Source of the DNA: Zygnema circumcarinatum SAG 698-1b
Taxonomy: Eukaryota > Plantae > Zygnematophyceae
Assembly: GCA_037447605.1 (NCBI GenBank)
Contig: CM074819.1
Span: 2,345,580 to 2,409,579 of the forward strand
Direction: 5' to 3'
DNA length: 64,000 nucleotides
Below, piece by piece: positions 57,011 to 64,000 of the stretch (position 1 is its first letter; every line of letters starts with the position of its first letter). Under the pieces are notes generated by a model, which had not been told where the DNA came from, made no database searches, and worked only from the letters and a program-made list of their open reading frames with translations. The position numbers and the translations under genes were made by a program.

Positions 57011-57949
57011 CAGTAGGGGGTCCTCATATTTTCCACCCTGGTTTTGGCCAATATGAGGCGAAAATATTGATTTTGCATATATAAGGGGGAGTCAGACCTT
57101 GTCCATCGTCAAACCAATTCCGCGAGCCGGTCGGGCCAATTCCGCGTTGTACGGCAGGCCTTTTTCGCCAAAAGTGGACGTTCGACAGGCTCGGGCGCCG
57201 AGCCTGTATCTCATTTTTGTAACATATTTCGAAGTACGGACGGGACAGACAGGTTCGGGGGGAGCCGCGGTTTCCGACCCGAATTCTGCAATCGAAATCA
57301 ATACCTTTTCGCAGAGGGAATCTTTGAATTCCGCAGGCGATGGTCAAGGTCTGACTCCCCCTATAAGGTTCGTGTTACCAATAGACGGGCGGTATTATGT
57401 TTAGAGTTCATGTTAAATCGTACGTATCGTATCGTATCATATCGCACCGTGTCGTACTGTACGTTTAGCGTCGTATCGTATCGTGCCATATCGTAACGCA
57501 TAGACGTAGTTTTCCGCTCTTTGTTCGTCTCAGCTCGTACGGCTAGTACCGTATCGAGGCGTTTCGTATCGTACCGTACCATATCGTACCGTATCGAACT
57601 GTAACGGCTACAGTACTACAGCTCATACGGATAGTACGGATAGTACCGTATCGGGGCGTTTCGTATCGTGTCGTATCGTTACGTATCGTACCGTATCGTA
57701 TTGAACCCAGGATAAAGAGGGAGAAGAGCGAGAGCCTCTTACGGCGGGACGTGCGGGGAGATTAGGTGACTTTTGCGTAAGCCCGTAACGGCTAGTACAG
57801 CTAGTACGGCTAGTACGAACAGTACGAATAGTACGAATAGTACGGCTAACATACACCGTACAAAAAGGTGGTTTCAGCAAAATCTTCAAAATCGGCGAAT
57901 TTCTTGAGGACGCACTCCTTAGGGCGGTAAATACGAGGACCCCCTACTG
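57011..57949. mobile_element. Non-autonomous DNA transposon with CAGT-starting TIRs (Tc1/pogo-like) containing a (CGTAT)n/GTAC mosaic
   Basis: CAGTAGGGGGTCCTCATATTT versus the reverse-complemented right end CAGTAGGGGGTCCTCGTATTT. CA flanks both sides. Confidence 0.85.
57085..57361. mobile_element. 277-bp inner MITE
   Basis: GGGGGAGTCAGACCTTG[T/A]CCATCG TIRs. TATAA lies directly outside both ends (57080-84, 57362-66). Confidence 0.85.
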
Positions 57950-58141
57950 CACTGCCATGATAGATCCTCCGTACGCCCTTGAACCCTCGATAAAGCTAAA
58001 AGGTGCCTGCTAATGTGACCACACGATTGTACTTTATCAAGGTCATGTTGTTGTACGAGGAAACAACAATGAAACTCGTTGTGAAAAAGTTGAATTTAAC
58101 AAGGACAAGGAATGCGCATGAGGAAAACATGGAACCAAACA

Positions 58142-58239
58142 CATGCATGTATGCATGCATGCACTGAACCCTAAACCCTGAATCGTAAACCCTGAACTCC
58201 GAACCCTGAACCCTAAACCCTGCATGCATGCATGCATGC
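58142..58239. repeat. Degenerate CCCTAAA/CCCTGAA telomere-like tract flanked by (ATGC)n arms
   Basis: Directly visible. Confidence 0.8.
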
Positions 58240-58640
58240 CCAACAGTTCGTTGTACAAATTCGATTCAAATTCCTTGTTCATTGTTGAAAAACTTTGTTA
58301 GACAAGATGTGGGTCCCTTCAGTCCATTGCAGCCCAAAAAGAATGAAACCTTTGGATCATACCATAGAGCCATAACTTACCAAACTCCTACAAAACTTGC
58401 CAACATAGAACCGCAGTTCCGTCTGAACACAGAACCTCCTTCCCTAGACCAATGATAAATATCCTCCCTTCTCCCACAAAGCACCACCCCTCCCTCCAGC
58501 ATACAGTACAGACCCCCACAGAATGCCCCCTAAAACCCACCACCCTACGCCCCTGAACCCTTCTAAAAAAAACCCTAAAACCCCCACATCAAAACCCCCA
58601 CTTTCTCTACCTCCTCTCTCCCTCCTCTCTCCCTCCTCTC

Positions 58641-59162
58641 TCACTCTGCTCTCAACTTCTGCCTGAACCTATTCCTCGCTCTCCTCCGAGAACTCATAGA
58701 ACTTCCTTTCCTTGTATGGTCCTGATGCTCTTGAGCCTTCGTCTCCTGCGAGATGGGAGGAGTGAGCTCTCTCTCTCTCTTCCTTGAATGCTCCTCCTCA
58801 CTCTCAATGACAGGCCTCCCCTCTCTCACTCTCCGAGCCTCCTCTCTGAGGTCAGCCACCATAGAGCGAGTAGCACTCGCACTGATCCCTCTCACATAGC
58901 CACTAATGGGGGGGGGCAGCATTACTACAGGTTGGAGTCTCTGTCGAAGAGTTACCTTGGAAGCAATTCTTAAGGGTTTGGCTGATACCTCCTCTGAGGG
59001 TTCAGAGAGTAGTCCCGGAGGAGGAGGAGGAGATGCAACTGAGGATATAGGTTCTCCGTTTACCGTTGCGTTTTTCGGTTGGCTGTCTAATGGCAACGGC
59101 TGAATTTCCCATTGACCTTCAAATCGTTTCATGAAGCCGCCCTCTGCGAGCCGGTACCCGAT
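58641..59162 (-). CDS. Last exon of an SRPBCC/START (polyketide cyclase/dehydrase-like) protein; upstream exons lie beyond the window
   Basis: CAG acceptor at 59163-65. Protein reads GFMKRFEGQWEIQPL...VTLRQRLQPVVMLPPPISGYVRGISASATRSMVADL. Confidence 0.78.
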   Translation of the reverse strand: MGYRLAEGGFMKRFEGQWEIQPLPLDSQPKNATVNGEPISSVASPPPPPGLLSEPSEEVSAKPLRIASKVTLRQRLQPVVMLPPPISGYVRGISASATRSMVADLREEARRVREGRPVIESEEEHSRKRERELTPPISQETKAQEHQDHTRKGSSMSSRRRARNRFRQKLRAE

Positions 59163-59383
59163 CTGCAGGAAAATCATGCTAGTGAGGAAAATGAGTAATT
59201 TAAGGGGGGATTTTCAGTTTTGACTTTTCAGTTTTCAGCTCACAGTTTCCAGTTTCCAGTAAAATTGGAGAGGGGAAGTATCGGAGTTATTTTTCCTTTG
59301 TCCGCCTCCTACGTGCGATGGAGACGAGGAGAGGGAGGAATAGGAAGAAAGGGGAGGGCGGGAGGGAAGCAGGGAGGGGCTTG

Positions 59384-62300
59384 TGTTGGAAACTAGAGCC
59401 TGGTCTCTCTCACTTGCTGCACTCTCAGACATGCTTGTAATTCAGCGAACACACCCACCCCCAATGCACACACCGGAAAGAGAATGAAAGCTGAAAAGAA
59501 AAGAACACCGAGAAGTGAAGTAAGAGGAGAAAGCCCCACCGGCTCAAAACTCCTTAAAATAGATGAGAAGGGTTACACAAAGAAATTCAGCCCTCAGGCG
59601 ATTCCTACTGCTCTGCCCTACACTCCTATCTACTGCTGCCCATACAGCAGGCCTCTACACTCAGCACCACGAGCCGAGATGCAAGGTTCTAAGGGTTACT
59701 AACACTATGCACTAAGCACACTAAATACTAGCCGCTGAAGCACCTCCACGTTCCACCGCGTGTCACCGCGTTCCACCTCCATGTCGTCGAGGTCNNNNNN
59801 NNNNCAGAAGGATGTCCTTCGCATATTTCTCCTGAGAGAGAAATAAGCTCCCCTCCTGCCCCCTCTTGAGCTGGATCCCTAATAGATACTCTGCCTCTCC
59901 TAAGTCTGACATCTGGAAGTTAGACTTGAGGAGGTCCTTGAGGTTCTGAATTCCGGCCATGGAGGGGCTGATGATGATGAGGTCGTCCACGTATATCCCC
60001 ACATACAGCAGCTCGTCCCCCTCTCCCTTGCGGTAAACTGAATGGTCTGTCCGAAACCTGGTGAAGCCATTCTCCTGCAAGAGCTGGTCAATTTTCTCGT
60101 ACCAAATGCGAGGGGCTTGCTTAAGCCCATACAAGCTTTTAACCAGCCTGCAAACCAAGTGTTCCTCGCCTTCTTTCACCGTGCCCTCTGGCTGGTCCAT
60201 GTAGATCTCTTCCTCTAGGTCACCATAGAGAAACGCAGTTTTGATGTCAAGCTGGTGCACGTGCATTTTCTCAGCAGCAGCTATGGAGATTAAGGACCTG
60301 AGGGAGTTAAATTTCACGACAGGGGCAAAGGTTTCAGAGTAGTCCAGGCCGTATTTCTGGCTGAACCCCTTTGCGACCAGTCTGGCCTTATACCTATCGA
60401 TGCTCCCATCAGATTTTCGTTTCACCTTAAAGACCCACTTGCAGCCTATAGCTCTCCTACCCGCTGGCAGGGCCTCCAGCCGCCATGTCTGATTCTCCAT
60501 TAGACTACCTAGCTCGCTCTCAATGGCTGTCTCCCACTTCTCAGCATCTGCCCCCTCTAAAGCTTCAGAGAGAGTTTGGGGCTCGGCTATATTCACCATC
60601 ATGGCCTCAGCCATTCCCACGAAGTCTGAGGAGTCGTTGGGTACTCTCCTCCTCGAGCCTCTTGGTCCGCTCACGTCGTACACGGAGGAGCTGTAGCGGT
60701 TGGACGGCCTCCGGTGCCGTGCTCCCCGAGTTCCTCCCTGTACGGCTACAGCGGGTAGAGGCACATCATTCTGTTCGAACTCAGAAGGTGATGATTCAGA
60801 ATGTACGGACGGTTGATCCGGAAGTGGTCGGTTAAGAGACGCGAAAATTTCGCGTAATGATCTCTCGCGTCGCGCCACCGCTTCGTGACCGGGACCTGTC
60901 CGGCGGACAGTTGTCGGTAGATCTTGTCCTGTCGGTGAATCAATCTCAACCGTTGGTGAGGCGCCGACCGGCGCATCTCCATCGTCCTCTTCATCGCGGA
61001 CTGGTGACGCGACGCCTACTGGCGCATCTCCACCGTTCGTTCCTTCTCGCGCCGCCGAATCTTCGCCGTCCAAATCATAAAAGATCTTGAAAGAATCTTT
61101 TGGCGCGCCTTCTCCACTAGAATTCACGGGAACTTGATCTGGGTGATCCTCTTGGAACTGAAGGTCTCGGCTCCGCTCCACTTGCCTCGTTGCCGGATTC
61201 CACACTCGATACGTGGGGCTGTCCTCATTGTAACCTATCAAATAACCTGGAGTGGATCGCTTCTCGAACTTTGAGTTTCTCCTGGCCTTGAGTACGGTCA
61301 CGTAGCACCGGGCGCCCCAGACTCTGAAATACGCCACCGAGGGCTTTCTCCCGCTCCAGACCTCCTCCGGCACCTTGTCTTGGAGGACTCTGGACGGGCA
61401 CCTGTTTCTGATATGGGCAGCAGCCATCACTGCCTCACCCCAGAATGACAGGGGGAGTGTAGACTCACTCAACATCGTCCTTGCCACATCCCCTAGCGTG
61501 CGGTTCACGCGCTCCGCTGCTCCATTACTCTGAGGGGAGTAAGGGGCAGCAAACTGGTGCTTCATACCAGTTTCCTCGAAGTGGTCCTTGAAGGTCTTCG
61601 AGATGTACTCGCCTCCATTGTCAGACCGAAGTGTCTTGACCTTGAGGCCGGTCTCCCTCTCCACCTCAAGCTGCCACTTCTTGAATGCATCAAAAGCCTC
61701 ACTTTTGCTCTCTAGCATCCGCACCCAAACCTTCCGAGAAAAGTCATCCAAGAATGTAATGAAGTACCTCGAGCCTCCATTGCTTGTGGGAGTAATCGGT
61801 CCACACAAGTCACTATGGATGAGCTCGAGCTTCTCCTTGGCTCGGCTCTCCTCGGTACTCCGGTGGCTGAAAGGCTGGAGGTGAGCCTTTCCAGCGAGGC
61901 AGTCTTCGCAGACTCCTTCCTTCGCTCCCTTCATCCGCATCCTGATGCCTCGTACAAGGCGCTTGTTCACCAGCGTCTTCAAGCTTTGAAAGCCTAAGTG
62001 GCCCATTCTCCGGTGCCACAAAGCTGCCGCTGGATTTTCAGAGATAGTGTTCACTTGGATGGTGGGGGGTCTTACTCCGTTCAGGAGGTAAAGACCATTT
62101 TCTTCTGTTCCCTTCAGAACCACCTTCCCGGTTAGTGTGTCAAAAACCTCACACTCCTCTCCATTGAACCACGATACATACCCCTTCTTTCCTAGCTGGC
62201 TCACTGAAACAAAGTTATTCTGGAGTCCTGGGGTATGGAGGACTTCGCCCATTACGACGATCCTCTTTGTCTCTCCTTCGTGGGTCTCAAACGCCACGGA

Positions 62301-64000
62301 TCCACCTTGAGTGACCTGCACTCCTTCTCCCGTTGCAGCGTAGACGGAACGTGCAGTTCCCAGTGTCTTCAGATCTGCAAAGGAGGACGCTTCCGAGCAC
62401 ATATGCTTGGAAGCTCCCGAGTCAATCAGCCATGGAACAGCGGGTTTCTTGTCACGTACCCTTCCCACGAATTCTGCCCTCTCAACGGCAGCACGTGGGC
62501 CTTCCTTCATCATCAGGACTGTCTCCTTGGCTTCACTTCGGCAAACTGCCGACTTGTGGCCTTTCTTACCACACTTGAAACAAGTTCCACCGAAAGTGGT
62601 CTGTTTCTTGCTCGGTTCTCCACTGGGTGCCTCGTCCTTCTTCACGGGTCTTCCCTTGTTCCGAAAGCATTCCGTCGAGAGATGGCCGGGCTTCCCACAG
62701 GTGAAGCATGTGAGAGCCTTCTTGTCTCCCCGGTCACTCTTCCCCTTGTTCCTCCCAGAAGATGCCGACCGAATTAGAAGGACGTTATCAGGGCCTAGCT
62801 TCTCCCTTTCAAACAGCAACTCACATTCTCTGATTCTCCCCTTTACTTGCTCCAACGTCATAGGCAGACAAGTTAGTTGGGTCCTCAAAGATTCTATTGC
62901 ATGAGAATATTTGCCTGTTAGTCCTACCAGAAACTGATGAATCTGACTAGGTAAGGGAATGGGCTGTTTCGACACTACGCACTTCTGCATAAGGCTGTCG
63001 AATTTGACCATGTAGTTAGTCAGGGTCTCACCCTTCTCCATTTTGAGTGCACCCAATTCAGCATACAGATTAACGGGCAGCCCCCCCTCTGCAACTTCAT
63101 ACACCGCCTGAAGACTCTTCCACATTTCAGCAGCAGAAGTCAGGTCTACCAGCATGGCTGAAGGTGCATTGCCTACGCTCATGGCAATGTAGCCTGCGGC
63201 TTTGTAGTTCTTCTCTCGCCACAGCTCGTATGCCTTCTTGACCGCCGCCCCCTCAGAGTCGGCCGGGAGAGGTGGTTCTTGGATGGTGCCGTCAACGTAC
63301 TTGAGCAGTCCCTTGCTCTCAAGCAGATACCTCATCCTCCACCTCCATGTTCTGAAGTCTGTCCCCTCGAAGATTGGGACCTTATACCTGGGCTCCTCCT
63401 CTGAGGATGCTCTGATACCACTGTTGGAAACTAGAGCCTGGTCTCTCTCACTTGCTGCACTCTCAGACATGCTTGTAATTCAGCGAACACACCCACCCCC
63501 AATGCACACACCGGAAAGAGAATGAAAGCTGAAAAGAAAAGAACACCGAGAAGTGAAGTAAGAGGAGAAAGCCCCACCGGCTCAAAACTCCTTAAAATAG
63601 ATGAGAAGGGTTACACAAAGAAATTCAGCCCTCAGGCGATTCCTACTGCTCTGCCCTACACTCCTATCTACTGCTGCCCATACAGCAGGCCTCTACACTC
63701 AGCACCACGAGCCGAGATGCAAGGTTCTAAGGGTTACTAACACTATGCACTAAGCACACTAAATACTAGCCGCTGAAGCACCTCCACGTTCCACCGCGTG
63801 TCACCGCGTTCCACCTCCATGTCGTCGAGGTCGCTCCGCGCCTTCTGGAGTTCGCTCCGCGCCGCGCGGGAGCTCAGCTCGGGAGGCCGCCATGGGGAGG
63901 GGAGCGTCCGTACCGAAACTCCCTTCCGAAAGCTCCTCTGTCGCTCCGAACCTTCCGCGCTCCTTCGCGTCTCCAATAATCCGTACTAAGCTAACTCGAA
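59384..64000 (-). mobile_element. Young Ty1/copia LTR retrotransposon: 5' LTR from 63422 to at least 63832 (may run past the window), PBS-Met 63409-20, 3' LTR 59384-59794 cut by gap
   Basis: The LTR copies appear identical over 411 bp at offset 4038 and end in ...CCAACA. PBS TGGTATCAGAGC. Confidence 0.96.
59805..63470 (-). CDS. Copia gag-pol polyprotein (gag, two CCHC knuckles, protease, GAG-pre-integrase, integrase, RT; RNase H lost in gap)
   Basis: Stop-free ORF of >1200 aa. Motifs CFTCGKPGHLSTEC, CFKCGKKGHKSAVC, WLIDSGAS, WHRRMGH, LIHSDLCGP, LRSDNGGEY, RYKARLVAKGFSQ and YVDDLI. Confidence 0.96.

Larger units (their letters stand above)
56962..57996. mobile_element. Candidate outer MITE of a three-layer nest
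   Basis: CTTTATCGAGG at 56963-73 and CCTCGATAAAG at 57985-95. TA flanks at 56960-61 and 57997-98, with one terminal mismatch. Confidence 0.45.

Noticed and set aside
63522-63989. Short ORFs within the Copia LTR (duplicated at 59484-59702)
   Set aside because: LTR sequence with no recognisable domain. The duplication only reflects LTR identity.

Overview
This is eukaryotic, intron-rich DNA from a streptophyte green alga. A Klebsormidium-like source is inferred from the gene content and the (T)nAGGG-rich introns. The left ~38 kb is gene-dense. In order it holds transportin-1 (3'-partial), a head-to-head pair of CASP-like genes, mitochondrial SHMT, a CW-zinc-finger (CWZF3/5/7-like) gene, SNF4/KINbetagamma and the chloroplast NDH subunit PnsB4/NDF6. 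Positions 40.4-53.4 kb resolve into a four-layer retroelement nest. A degenerate RLE-type LINE is split by a 12-kb plus-strand LTR element (5-bp TSD GGTCA), which holds a chromovirus, which in turn holds a second chromovirus. The chromovirus LTRs carry a tRNA-like A/B-box cassette in their best-conserved segment, which is the most novel-looking signal in the window. The right end holds the 5' half of a DHX35-like helicase cut by a gap, a three-layer MITE nest, the last exon of an SRPBCC/START gene, and a young intact Copia element with identical LTRs in that gene's intron. Several promoters carry their own distinct satellite array. Exon boundaries and alignments were read by eye, no database searches were run, and four N-gaps limit interpretation.
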